A DNA stretch of 59,064 nt, counting the filler, from Asterionella formosa (Eukaryota): NCBI GenBank assembly GCA_002256025.1. It is 4 parts of 4 records of this genome, joined end to end, with 100 filler letters (N's around TTAATTAATTAA, not from the genome) between each part and the next. Parts side by side here need not be neighbours in the genome. Positions count along the whole stretch, not along the records: positions 1 to 14,702 come from NKIB01005820.1; 3 more parts are not named here. One strand, written 5' to 3'. Both the position numbers and the translations under genes were made by a program. Under the pieces are notes generated by a model. That model had not been told where the DNA came from and searched no databases. It saw nothing but the letters and a program-made list of their open reading frames with translations. Positions 1 through 11,666 of the stretch are shown piece after piece; the first letter of the stretch is position 1; each line of letters begins with the position of its first letter.

Positions 1-644
1 ACCACAACCGGTATTGTCGCCAAGAATAGCTTTGTGCACTGTCCTGGAGTAGTAGTAAACTACTAGTGCTAGCTTCCACTACGGGTTTAACTGGGAGTTT
101 AATTTTTTACGACTACGTTCCCGGTATGATTTGATCACCATCCGACCGCGCGCTGGTTTCATTTCATCACTCCACCACATCGCTCCTGATGAGGAGGACA
201 GGGTGGATAGAGCAGTGTGAAGTACAATACCCGGTATTCATCGTACCAGTTAGCCATGCCACAGCAGTGTACCTGGTACCAGGTACCAGGTACGACTCCT
301 CGAGGTAATACCGGTACCGGTAGTAGGATCGAGAAAAAATCATAATGTACCTACCGTATAGCGCAATACCACGTTCGAACGGTATCATTGCTCGCAACAA
401 AATTGAATATTTCAAAGGCGACGATGGATACATCACAAATGGGAATGTCATAACATGATCACATCATTGTTCAGTACGAAATTGCTTATCGGTAGCAGCC
501 ATGGGAAATCCTCTAGATCAACATGTGTGGTGTGCAAATGTTCAAATGCAAACAACCCACGCATAATTAATTTGTCCATGAAACTTACAACCTAAAAGCA
601 AACAATACCGGTAAAGCAATCAAAGAACGTTGGTTGGTCGCAAT

Positions 645-2612
645 ATGCAATGTTGCGCGATGTGTGGAACCACGCCACCTGACAATGGGGTGGGAAATGG
701 ATTCCCAACCTGCTCTCGATGCAAACTTGTGAGGTATTGCAGCAGGGAGTGTCAGTTGCAGGATTGGAAAGTTCACAAGAGGACAGCCTATAGTAGTACA
801 CATAAACCTCCACCTCAGCATGCACAAGGGACGACAGGACAACTAACTGACGAAGATGCCCTCATTGATGGAGCAACTACAACTGGCGTCCCTTTATTTA
901 CGACGGAGAAACAGCGGAAAATTCGCGATAGCTTCCACGACGCTTATATGGCATCACATGTAACGTCTTCTCAAAAAGATCCGACCATGCAAGTTTGGAC
1001 TCCCTTCACTGACACTCAGCTCCAACGGGGGATTGAAAGCTTTGTGCCGATTGTCGATTATGCAACAGAGTTTTTCAAGCATAGTTCTTCAAAAGCACTC
1101 CGAACCACAGCCATACGCATGCAAGTCAATGAAGAATATCAACAGGCGCGACTCAACTATTTCTTTTACTACAACAGTTATAAAACTGGCATCCTTCCTG
1201 CAGGACAAGATCCTGAGAGCTTGCCCCTTCTACGGCGTCTTGAACTCGGGGGTGCTGGAAGAGAACATTTGAGACAGGAAAAGTTTAAATGGTATCTCAG
1301 TCAGCCACCATCTGGAAGCATCTACGAAGGCGGCTATTGTACAAAATTTTACCATCCATTCATTGCAGCAAGCTTTTCAAATTTCTTCACCCCTAGCTCT
1401 CATAAGTTGACTTGTGGAACAACACACGTTGCTGTAGGTTTTGTCGACCTCTCACTACTGCTCAATTGTCATCTTGAAAACACCAAATCGGGCTGCCCTC
1501 TTGCATTCTTTGGATACGAGTGCAGTGCATACTCCATTGCCAAGTGCTTGGTTATTTGGAACTTGCTACAGACAGGCGATCTCAGTGAGGGGGCTGCTCA
1601 AGTTGTACAGGTTTGGTATTCCGCCGTGTGGACAAAGCGTACAACAAATGCGTTTCTAGCGGCAGCAAAGAGTGTTCTTCTTAGTGACAAGCACTCAGTT
1701 CCACTGCAGCCAGCTGTTGCTCGTATCATTTGCCACTGGGCACAGTCGAAAGGTGTTGGCTTGCAGCGGACTATGAAACTACGAAAAAACACCAAGAAAG
1801 AAAGCTCTCATGCTAGATTATTCCAAAAGAAATGTGATCGGGTTCAAATGCTTAGGTATTACCTGACTGGTGAGTTTGGCCTGTTTGATGGGTCACCATG
1901 CTCGGGAAACATTGTGATGTGGGACTGCCCAGATCATACCCCACCATTACAGCGCGGCGAGTGTGTTTTTAATACAATGCCGGTACGGGACGTACTAGAA
2001 AGTGAAGCTTGGGATGGAAACTACTTTCAAACAGCCGAGAAAGAAAAGCTTGCCAGAGTCATTAAGCTAATGCAAAATATCAGAGATGGGAAAGTCACCA
2101 TCTCATTCCACCTCGCAAAGGTATGCCCCGGGCCTGTTGCGAAGGAAATTGCTTCCCTTAGTCCGCACAGTATTTCGTGGTCGAATGTTCTCGACTACTA
2201 TTGTCCTGATGATTTTCATCATCTTGCCAAGGCGTGCACTTCCAAGAATGGGAGAGTGAAAGCCACTCATTTTGGTTACTCAATGAACTGGCAGTTTGTG
2301 ACCTTTGGAAGCTCAATCCTTGATTTCAAAAGGCCACCACGTGAAATGCTAAAGATCATTGATGAATCAAACAACATCCTCCAACGAACCCTAACTACAG
2401 GGCGTAATAGACAAGGTGTGTTTTCCTTTCCATTTCGGAAAAATCCAGAAAATACAACAGCCTATGCTCTTGCATTAAAGACGTACAAGCCCTGGGTACA
2501 GTATTTCTTTCGTGATTCTCATTCGGATGAGCACGCTTCGTATCTTGAAGGACCTAGCCCTTTGGCAGCTTCTGTTGCACCCATTGCTCTTGTTTGGACA
2601 TATATCAATTAA
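645..2612 (+). CDS. MYND-type zinc finger protein with a large C-terminal domain (DUF4470-like, unknown function)
   Basis: Single ORF; first in-frame ATG at 645. N-terminal CAMC...CSRCKLVRYCSRECQLQDWKVHK matches zf-MYND. The C-terminal SWSNVLDY segment resembles DUF4470-type proteins (inference). Confidence 0.75.
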   Translation: MQCCAMCGTTPPDNGVGNGFPTCSRCKLVRYCSRECQLQDWKVHKRTAYSSTHKPPPQHAQGTTGQLTDEDALIDGATTTGVPLFTTEKQRKIRDSFHDAYMASHVTSSQKDPTMQVWTPFTDTQLQRGIESFVPIVDYATEFFKHSSSKALRTTAIRMQVNEEYQQARLNYFFYYNSYKTGILPAGQDPESLPLLRRLELGGAGREHLRQEKFKWYLSQPPSGSIYEGGYCTKFYHPFIAASFSNFFTPSSHKLTCGTTHVAVGFVDLSLLLNCHLENTKSGCPLAFFGYECSAYSIAKCLVIWNLLQTGDLSEGAAQVVQVWYSAVWTKRTTNAFLAAAKSVLLSDKHSVPLQPAVARIICHWAQSKGVGLQRTMKLRKNTKKESSHARLFQKKCDRVQMLRYYLTGEFGLFDGSPCSGNIVMWDCPDHTPPLQRGECVFNTMPVRDVLESEAWDGNYFQTAEKEKLARVIKLMQNIRDGKVTISFHLAKVCPGPVAKEIASLSPHSISWSNVLDYYCPDDFHHLAKACTSKNGRVKATHFGYSMNWQFVTFGSSILDFKRPPREMLKIIDESNNILQRTLTTGRNRQGVFSFPFRKNPENTTAYALALKTYKPWVQYFFRDSHSDEHASYLEGPSPLAASVAPIALVWTYIN

Positions 2613-2836
2613 CTTGGATTATCAGACTTTGCCCCTTATCTTGTCACACATTCAATGTGACCAACAATATCACATAGTTACCATTGTGAGACTAACTCCA
2701 ACCTGTTATTAGATAAAAATTGCTTGCCAAGAAAATAGATTTTATCGTTTTATTCATGCACTCTCTCTACATAGCCATTAATTCCGTTTAATACTAGTGT
2801 AAAAATAGGTTTGCTTTTGTTGTCGACATGCGCTCA

Positions 2837-4172
2837 TCACTCTTCCTTTCCCTTTACTCCATTTACTGGAGTCCCATTTGGAGGCATATTCTTGAGCCAC
2901 AAGTTCGCCGCCGCTTCGACTTGAGGTTTGAGCCAAGTGGTGGCTCTTGGCATAGCTCGCTTTGCAGTGTAGTCGACTATAAACGCAGGAAGGACAGAGG
3001 ACACCTTTATTTCACACAAGAGCCATACCCGTGTGTATTCCTGTGGCATGGTGAATGGGGGTTAGATAGGAAACAAAAGGCATTAGCAACAACATAGTAG
3101 TAGCACGCACCTCGCCGCGTCCATCCGGATTGGACTGGGTATGCCAAATGCCCTTTGCCGCCTTGAGTACAATATTTGTACATTCAGGGTCCAGCGTAAA
3201 AATCATGTAATCTCCATCGGGATGTGGCCGATAATTGTGAATCGCCGCAATATTGAGTCTAAATTTGGACAAGCAAAACGCAGCACGGGTAGTGGACGGA
3301 GTTCCGTAATGACGAAGTTCCGTCCCACGGTGGAGGGGTTTCTCTGCGTGGTAGCCTGACGTTAGCGCATCCGACGTGTACATGGTAACCTCTCGGACGG
3401 TAGGTATTGTTTGAGGGTACGACTCAAAGTCCAATAGACATTCCCAGACAACATACGGGGGTGCCTTGACATCAAGTACGACATAACCAGAACCCTCCCT
3501 CCCCATTTTGGATTGCTCTTGAATCCGTTCCCCCAGTGCAAGCAGTTTCTTCTTTTCACTGGACAGCGTGGGAAGACAGAACGGAAGTGGTTCGTAAACG
3601 GCAGCCGGCACGTCACCATTCACAGCTTTGAGTTCTGAATTTTGCCGTGGCTCCGACAGTACCAATTTCGGTAGTTCCGCCTCATTGACCGCTGTAGATC
3701 GAGTTGGCAAGTCGTTGAATCCGTTCAGTGGCTCCAACGACAATGGCAAATTCAATTGCAGGTCCGACGCCACACCAAGTGTCCCATTGGGTTGCACAAG
3801 TCCTCCCAGGCCCCCAATCGGCTTCATGTCCGCCGCGATGCTCGTATTGCGAACTCCAGTTCGATTTCTTGCTCGTTCCAGTACAGCTCGCACCCGACGT
3901 CGCACTCCAAGTGGTGATTCAAGCCTCTCCATGTCATCGTCGCAGTCACAGTCGTCGCTATCTTGACTCAAGGAGGCCGACTTGCTCCACGTTTCTTCTT
4001 CCTTGGTGGCAAAGGCTTGAATGCTCCGGGTCCTGCTGGTGGAAAGTACGGACGACGCGAATCCTTCAATGGTCCATACGTAAGTGGTGAATAACAAGGC
4101 GGACGCTAGCAGTAGTTGGGCATGTTGGGGCTGTCTCCGCCGCTGTGTTATTCTTGACGATTGATCACTCAT
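2837..4172 (-). CDS. START/SRPBCC (polyketide cyclase/Coq10-like) domain protein with N-terminal signal/transit peptide, 2 exons, about 421 aa
   Basis: Exon 1 4172-3111, phase-0 GT..AG intron 3110-3041, exon 2 3040-2837; this joins two ORFs of the track. Motif DVKAPPYVVWECLLDFESYPQTIPTV and C-terminal helix LPAFIVDYTAKRAMPRATTWL are typical of SRPBCC. Hydrophobic signal followed by EG-FASS suggests plastid targeting. Confidence 0.75.
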
Positions 4173-5842
4173 TCTGCTTTTTTTGTGAATGTATGCCGGT
4201 GCTTATATTAGACTGTAGCTGTAGTTTTAGTTGTACACTGTCTTATTCATATGTACACCATGTATGATGTTGTAATGATGGTGCAAACATTGATTATTTT
4301 GCGGCGTCTTGTGAGCAATAGCTGCACCTTTATTCCCATCACAGAACCGTGCAGTAGAACTGTACCAGGTACAGTTTTGACATACAGCACGGCATGCTCC
4401 TGCTTCGTCACTCATTCTTTTTTGATTCATCAGCAGCGGCACCATCAGCAAATTGCCAGGTACGTACGTACTTCAGTATGTAGTAACCATTATAAGTTCA
4501 TGTCGCTCGCCGTTTAGATTACCGGTAGAAGGTTGTTGCCTTGTGATGTCCCGGTATGTACAGTATATATGGACATCTATGTACATACAGATGAATGAAT
4601 GTATCGATTTACTTATTATGATACCTGTCGTTGCGGCGAACGCACTTTCTGCTGGCCTCCTTCCACTGCTGGTACCAGGTACCTGGTATCACATTGACGA
4701 CGAGTTTGTGATCGATGACGTATTGAACAGCCAACCGACTTTTTTTGTCGGGTTGGTTTATGCACAGTTTGTAATGGCGATAGAATCTATGTACGAGGTA
4801 CCAGGTACTGGTACCATGTACCAGTCATGACGAATGAAGTAGCGGTAGATGCGTTGTCCTTCTTTATGTAGGCCAAGCAACGTCCCACCATCACGAGCAC
4901 TACAGTATATCACATGTATGTTTAATGAACACACATTACCGGTATAACTTTGGTGACGTTGACCGTGACGTCACTGCTTGTTTTGAGAAAGAAAACCGGA
5001 GTTTCGACATTCATACATCGTTTGATGGTTCAGGAATCGGATTCGCCCATAACCGGTACATGGGACCGGGTGCCTTTGGAAGGTGTGGTACTTGACGACT
5101 GGTCAAACTTTCAGGCGGAAAATAGCTAAACTTCTTTTTACCAGGTTGCTACAGTGCTCTACATAGCGGTTTTTGTACTGAAACATATCACCACTGCCTA
5201 ACAAGAGGAGTAGACACATTTTCGTACCGCAAGTAAGCATCCAAGGTAAGAAGACGAACAGGTGGAGTGTTGCGAGTCGACGAATCCGCTGTCGAATCTG
5301 TGGTCCGATACTGGATAGGAGGACACAATTGGACATGTTATTGCTGAGGGAAGCAATAAATAGGAGAATAGAAAATAGATGGAATGAGTGGGGGCCTTGC
5401 ACGAACAATGACGTTTTTTGATGGAAAAAGGATTCTGATCGTCGCATTGGATAATCGTTCTCGAACTATTGGAGACCTGGGCAGTTTTGCTCGTTTCCTA
5501 ATGTTGCTGCTGCATGCGCACTGCGTTTATAACCTGCCTTGCGGGCCATGAGAAACGGAACATGGACTTTTTTCTTCTTCCACCCGCCCAAGTCTTTCGC
5601 CCTTCGCCAAAAACATATCTTTGTCGCTACGAACACATTGCCTTGCTTGGCTCGCCCGTACATTCTGCGCGTATGTTTTTACGAAGCTCGTCGTAGCCAC
5701 AAGAAATGCAGTTTCATTTTATTTTGCACCGCAATTTTTATATGATATATATGTACACACAAACACTTTGTTTATACCGGTAATGTGACCCAAATCTCAC
5801 ACTTTTTGATTTCTTACTATATTCATAACTAGCAGAATCATC

Positions 5843-6863
5843 ATGTCCAACGATTTCATTATCAACTTTCTTGCCGGTGGTATCTCTGGTGCTGTCGCAA
5901 AGACGGCCACGGCTCCTATCGAACGTGTCAAGCTTTTGATTCAGACTCAGGATGCCAACCCTAAGATCATCTCGGGAGAGGTACGTTACGATGTTGTGTG
6001 TGAATCTGTTGCTATTTGCAACATCAGCTCGCCAGCATTGGGATACTTTGACTGACCATGCACTCCCTCTCTCTTAGGTCAAGAGATATACTGGGATCGT
6101 CGATTGCTTCGCACGAGTTACGAAGGAGCAGGGAATCAAGGCGTTCTGGCGTGGAAACTTGACGAATATCATTCGTTATTTCCCTACCCAGGCATTTAAC
6201 TTCGCGTTCAAGGACTCCATCAAGGCTTTGTTCCCCAAGGTCGACAAGAACAAGGAATTTGGAAAGTTTTTCATGATCAACATGGCTTCCGGAGGTCTTG
6301 CCGGAGCTGGATCACTCTTGATTGTCTACCCCCTCGACTACGCCCGTACCCGACTTGCTTCCGACGTTGGAACTGGAAAGCAATTCAACGGTCTCATGGA
6401 CTGCCTTAGAAAGACAGTCCAGGCAGGAGGAGTCGGCGCGCTTTACAACGGTATCGGAGTCTCCATCCTCGGTATCATTCCTTACCGTGGAACTTACTTC
6501 GGTCTCTTCGACACCCTCTCCGGATACAACCCTTGGCAAAAGGACACTAATTCGATCTTCCGTGCCAGTTCCAAGTTTGCCTGCGCCCAGGTCTCGGCCA
6601 TTGTCGCTGGATACACTTCCTACCCTTTTGACACTGTCCGTCGTCGTCTCCAGATGCAGTCGGAGAAGCCGCAGTCCGAATGGGTTTACCAGGGAACCAT
6701 GGATTGCTTTGGCAAGATTGTCAAGAATGAAGGAACTGCTGCTCTTTTCAAGGGAGCCGGTGCCAATGCACTTCGTACTGTCGGTGCTGCATTGGTCTTG
6801 GTTTTGTACTCTGAGATTACTGCTTTCTTTGGAACTGACTTGGGTGGCGCTGGTGGCGAGTAA
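5843..6863 (+). CDS. AAC: Mitochondrial ADP/ATP carrier, 2 exons, about 307 aa
   Basis: Exon 1 5843-5980, intron 5981-6077 (GTACGT..TTAG), exon 2 6078-6863 in frame. Three carrier repeats (PIERVK, PLDYAR, PFDTVR), [14 protein letters not shown] and an RRRLQMQ variant of the RRRMMM signature. A possible 5'UTR intron lies at about 5671-5832/5835. Confidence 0.97.
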
Positions 6864-7554
6864 ATTTTGCACCTTGACCAAGATTCAAGTAACTATTTGC
6901 CCTTACTAAGGAAACAAAATACGCACACACAAACACACATGATAAAGATATATGTATGTATAATGTCATGGTCTCTATAGCTCTACCTATTTTGCCTTTA
7001 ATAGTTTAGAAAGGTAGAAGTATTGCGATCATCAGATCGACAGTGTCTCCTATGTGTTTCAAGACTTAAAGATTTGGTCTGATATCAGTATCCTTGACAA
7101 AAGGACCACTACATGATATGATAATGTTTTTCAATTTAAATTACGAATGCGGAGGATTATCAAGAACCTTCCCTGATGACAGTGGTGTCTGTCGTCCTCT
7201 ACACTAGACCTTGTTTGGAAATAGTTTACCGTCAATGTATTTTAGTCGAACAATCCAGCGCCATGTTTATAAAGGAGACTTGAGGCACGTTTGACGAGCT
7301 ACTCTACATGGCGCGAAGCAATACTTAACTGAGGACCGAATGTGTGCCGTTGTAGTCGACTACATATATGTTCGACGTCATTGACAACATGAAGTTCATG
7401 GTGATGGTGGTGTGAACAAGTCTAAATGTAAAAAGTGCCGCCCGCCAACTCAACGAATGGTCGTAACAAAGGACATAAAGGAAGAAATATTTAAAAAAGG
7501 CGGGAGTGAATATCACGGTTTATTCAATCTCAATCAATATGTAGGTAGTACTTT

Positions 7555-8006
7555 CTACTTCTTCTTGCTGTTCTTGCTACCAGTGCCTTTCTCAAACTTG
7601 GCCAACATTTTTCCGTCTGCCCAATTGGCTGTATTGAACGAAAATAGTTCCTGATCCATGGCCTTTCGTTTGGCAGGTTCCTTCAATGCCATGCGAATCG
7701 TCGATGTTGACTTGCTCAAGAACTGGTTGTTGGCAGGAAGGAGTAGAGCATCGTATGTATTCGGGATGAATGAAAACAGTTGTTAGTGAAGAATCCACAT
7801 ATTCCTACATATGTGTTTATAGAAAAACAGCAGCGACGACACATGGGAAGCGCCATTCGATTTGAGTCGAACGAATCAAGGGCAAGGGATGCCCACCAGA
7901 TCCTGTCAACGACAAGTCGAAATCACTGTTATTTTAGAAGCCGCAAACGCACCTGAAGGTATGTCATACCAGCAATTCTCCAAAAGGTGGTGGCAGGGGC
8001 CGTCAT
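7555..8006 (-). CDS. ATP15: Mitochondrial F1 ATP synthase epsilon subunit, 2 exons, 73 aa (not in ORF track)
   Basis: Exon 1 8006-7953 (MTAPATTFWRIAGMTYLQ), phase-0 intron 7952-7723 (GTGCGT..CAG), exon 2 7722-7555 (FLSKSTSTIRMALKEPAKRKAMDQELFSFNTANWADGK...KKK*). The WRxAGxxYxxF...IRxALK...WxxGK pattern is the mitochondrial epsilon family signature. Confidence 0.88.
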
Positions 8007-8377
8007 GGTGAATGAATGATGTAATTCACTATTATATATATACCGGCGGTATATAATATGATTACGTTTCGCTTTCGGAGATGCAAACGTCGTGCTGATG
8101 ACAAATTGCCAAGCATCGGCATGATCGCCATCCGCATCACGCCTGCATCACGAGCAGCCAACAAACAGCTTTGCTTGCTTGTTTTTGTCTGTCGGACAAA
8201 CAGACAGTCGGTCGGATGAGCAGACAGACGACCAGCAAGCGGCTGTGTCTTTTTCAGATCGACACGGACACCGCGGTTTTTTGTGATTGTGGCGCAACGA
8301 CAAAACATACACATGAAGGTGCTAGAATACTTCGTAGGAATAAAGGAGTTCAAATTCTTGTTATCAAACCACAAATT

Positions 8378-8386
8378 GCGCGAAAA
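8378..8386 (-). promoter_or_regulatory. Candidate E2F binding site (TTTTCGCGC) upstream of the E2F/DEL gene
   Basis: GCGCGAAAA on + equals the TTTSSCGC consensus on -, about 125 bp before the ATG at 8511. Confidence 0.35.
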
Positions 8387-8510
8387 TTGCCTTGGATCCA
8401 TATACCGGTATTGCTGCACTTTACCTCACGATATGGACGTGCCGATGGAACGATTGTAAACGGCGAAGCATACTGTACAAGCAGCACAATTGGATCCAAT
8501 CAATTTTGAC

Positions 8511-10470
8511 ATGAGTGGAGGCTACTCTAGCGATCACGACGGAGCAACGCCATATCCATGTACCAGCAACCAACAAGAAGCAGTGGCTTCCATTGATGAG
8601 GATCGTTCAGATCATCCGATGATATCTGACAATGCAAGACATTTACTGGGCTCTCCTACTGCCACTGCCGCGTGGGCACTGAGCAATCTGTGCAACGCAC
8701 CTTCGGCGCCGTGCAACCCTCCGGCGGCTAATCTTGACTATTCGGCCCCTCCTGGCCACCACTATCCCCCTGTTGCTTCCTCCTATCGCCATTGGCCTCC
8801 GTACGCATCCGCATATTATTCCTACCCACAGATGAATGTACAGCCGCCATTTGCACGGCATCAAGTCTCACCCTCCCTTTACTCAAATTATGCGATGCTT
8901 CCGACATATAACCACACGACTCCCAACGCACAAGATTATAGGGCCCCTAATACCTGTACCGAGGGGTGGCACTCAATATCACCTACTGCTGGACTGTATC
9001 GGCGTTCGCACATTAAGGTAAGTTCATGTGGGTGTAATAGCGTTGGCACTGCGTCCAACATCTAAGACCTTTGTTCATGTTTATATCAAGCTTCCTACTA
9101 TTAAGAAATGCCAACCATCACCTCCTGTAGAGACTGAGCAGCTCCAAAAGAAAGTAAGTGGAGGAGTATGAATGATTAAATGGCATGGACTATTCTTTCG
9201 GACCTTACATGCCTTACTCTCACTAATTTATCGTTCCTTGCTTCCGGCAACAGTCAACACCACGATCCTTTGCACCTATCCAACCTCGTCCTACGACACC
9301 CATTCGTTACACCGCTCCACCCTCGCCTCCTGTGGAGATTGAGCAAAACCAAAATGTAGTGAGTCGAGGGGTATGAATAATGAATTGTCATGGAATATTA
9401 TCACGTAGCTTGCTTGGCTAAGTCTCACTAATTTTTGGTTCTCCGCCATCCATCAACAGTCAAAACCAAGGTCCTTTGCACCCATAGAACCCCGTCCCAC
9501 GTCACCCATAAGTCACAACGCTCCATCCTCGAGCGAATCGTCAAAACGTAAGGCTACCCCTAACTCCCTTGTCACACCTACGCCAACCAAGAAAGCCCAA
9601 GTGGTGGAATATTCTCGCAAGACAAAATCATTGGGACTCTTGTGTGCAAACTTCATTACTCAGGAATGGCACAACGGAATCCTATCGATTGACGAAGCAG
9701 CCAAGGAGTTGGAAGTCGAACGACGACGCATTTACGACATTGTTAACATTTTGGAAAGTCTCCAAGTTGTCGTCAAACTACACAAGAATACATACGAATG
9801 GAAGGGTCTCACTAACATGGAAACTGTGATTGGAATAATGCAAGAAGAAGCACTCATAGACTTTCCAGAATTGGCACACAAGTTTGGATTAGCTCCTGGA
9901 GACCCGGCACTACCGAAGTCTCAAGAAGTTGACACGAAAAAGAGTTTAGGAAAATTATCTCGTCAATTTTTGCAGCTCTTTCTAGTTGGCTGTCCGTCAT
10001 TGTCCCTTCACGACGCATCGGATTTCATTTTCGGTGAGTCGACTGTTGCTGATTTGTCACGCATTGGAGGCGCTGACACATCGGCATCTCCCAAGTCGAC
10101 CAAGGCGGCAGCTACTAAGGGACTCAAGACAAAGATTAGACGCCTATATGACATTGCCAACATTCTATGTTCTCTAGGTCTAGTTCGGAAGCTGGATGGA
10201 CAACGGTCCAAACATGTCTTTGTTTGGGCCTACTCCAAATCTGTTTTGGATCTCAAAAAGTGTCATGACGAGAACGCGCAGACATTGCTCTCTCCCCAGA
10301 CGCACGAAGCATCTCGGGTTTTGGCCAATATGATGCCCCCTCGAACAGTAACGTTGGACAAATCACCCACACAAATGACCAACAACATCTTGGCCAACAT
10401 TCATGAGCATGGGGCTTGCGAAACTCCGTGCTTGATTCGATCTGTAAGTTTGCATCCTAATGGTGTATAA
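8511..10470 (+). CDS. Atypical E2F transcription factor (E2F7/8, DEL type; two winged-helix DNA-binding domains), 4 exons, about 561 aa
   Basis: Exons 8511-9017, 9091-9153, 9254-9358, 9460-10470; all introns GT..AG, phase 0, and the frame is continuous. DBD1 YSRKTKSLGLLC...VERRRIYDIVNILESL; DBD2 KSLGKLSRQFLQLF...TKIRRLYDIANILCSLGLV. Confidence 0.88.
9120..9530 (+). repeat. Intragenic tandem duplication (about 205 bp unit: exon end + intron + exon start) inside the E2F gene
   Basis: Introns 9154-9253 and 9359-9459 are alignable (gtaagtggaggagtatgaatg / gtgagtcgaggggtatgaata; ctcactaattt...caacag in both). Flanking peptides repeat: PPVETEQ/PPVEIEQ and STPRSFAPIQPRPTTPI/SKPRSFAPIEPRPTSPI. Confidence 0.85.
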
Positions 10471-11666
10471 CCAACATGAACACTACAACACATAACAAGA
10501 CTACCTGAAAACGCATGTTTCCTATTGATTGCCTTACATATATCTTAGTGACGGAGGGTTTTAACTGGACTATTAGCTATATTATTAAGCGACATGGGTC
10601 TAGTTACTGTACCTTGCTTGCATTTGCATATTCTATCTATGCATAGCAACACATGCTACCAGTACCTGGTACCGGTAGCCATAAAACTATTTGCTACATA
10701 TAATACAAGACAAGCACAAGTAAGCAGAGGTCCGTGAAAGTTTACTGCAGAGCAGTATGCTGCAGTATCAGTATACCATCAGTATTATCATTTTCAAAAT
10801 ACCATACTGTTCTAGAATTTTACCAGAACAGTATACTGATCTAGCTTGCCAGCATTCTGCTATGTAGGAATCTTACAGAAAATCCTGCATGTATTGTTGT
10901 AACAAAGAATTGGTTTTGTGCGTACATACCGGTAGGCTAGGAACACCAAAACTAGATAAAAATTGCTCCGGACAAGGATCAACAATCAACTAGGTACACC
11001 AGTTCGAAGAATGCTTCAGAAAAACGAAAAATTGTGGTGCAAAATATCTCGCTCATGATTATTACCGCAATTCTGCCAGGCAGATGGAAGTGTTCCTACC
11101 ATCTGCGGGGTCTGTACCACTTCCGTTGGTGTGCAGCATTGGTTGGCGCGCGTCGCCTTTCTTCGAGCACCCCAAGCAATAAATGATAGCGTCAACTGTT
11201 TCCATCCTGCCTAACGTTAGTAGCTTGCAGCACGTGCGGGAGTAATTAGCTGGTACCGGTAAAAGCAATGGTACTATGGTACCGAAAACATTACTACCGG
11301 TATATTTACTTCGGTATTATGTACCGGTATGTATGTACCGGTAAACCGGTACCTTGCAACCAATTCAAATGTGAAATGGCGGTTTGTCTGACATGCCATA
11401 CCAGGTTCCGGTAGTCCAAAATTGCAAACCGGCTTATCTTTTGTATGCTGTGCACCGCGAAACTACGTGTGGGTACCGGTACTAATGGGAACAAGCAAAT
11501 AATCAAAACACGTATGTGTGTATGAACTGTGTTATACCAGGTACCAGGTACCGCGGTCCCGGTCTACCGGTACATGGTTCTTGACAACCCATGTATATGC
11601 TTCTACCGGTACTTGTTGGGCATCATCCTGTTGTTGATCCACCACCGCTTGCGCTCCGAATCCACC

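Noticed and set aside
6312..6909. Long antisense and alternate-frame ORFs over the ADP/ATP carrier (similar ones over NR, CAP-G and Roco)
   Set aside because: Shadows of codon bias in genuine genes; no domain features.
10741..10840. Short inverted repeats downstream of E2F (atactgttct/agaacagtat)
   Set aside because: Arms of only about 10 bp in low-complexity AT-rich DNA; intrinsic terminators do not apply to Pol II genes.
11529..11666. N-terminal ORF extensions of CAP-G (and likewise of the CRTISO-like, BTB and HA genes)
   Set aside because: Begin at non-ATG codons or run through TACCGGTA-rich intergenic DNA; better ATGs lie downstream.
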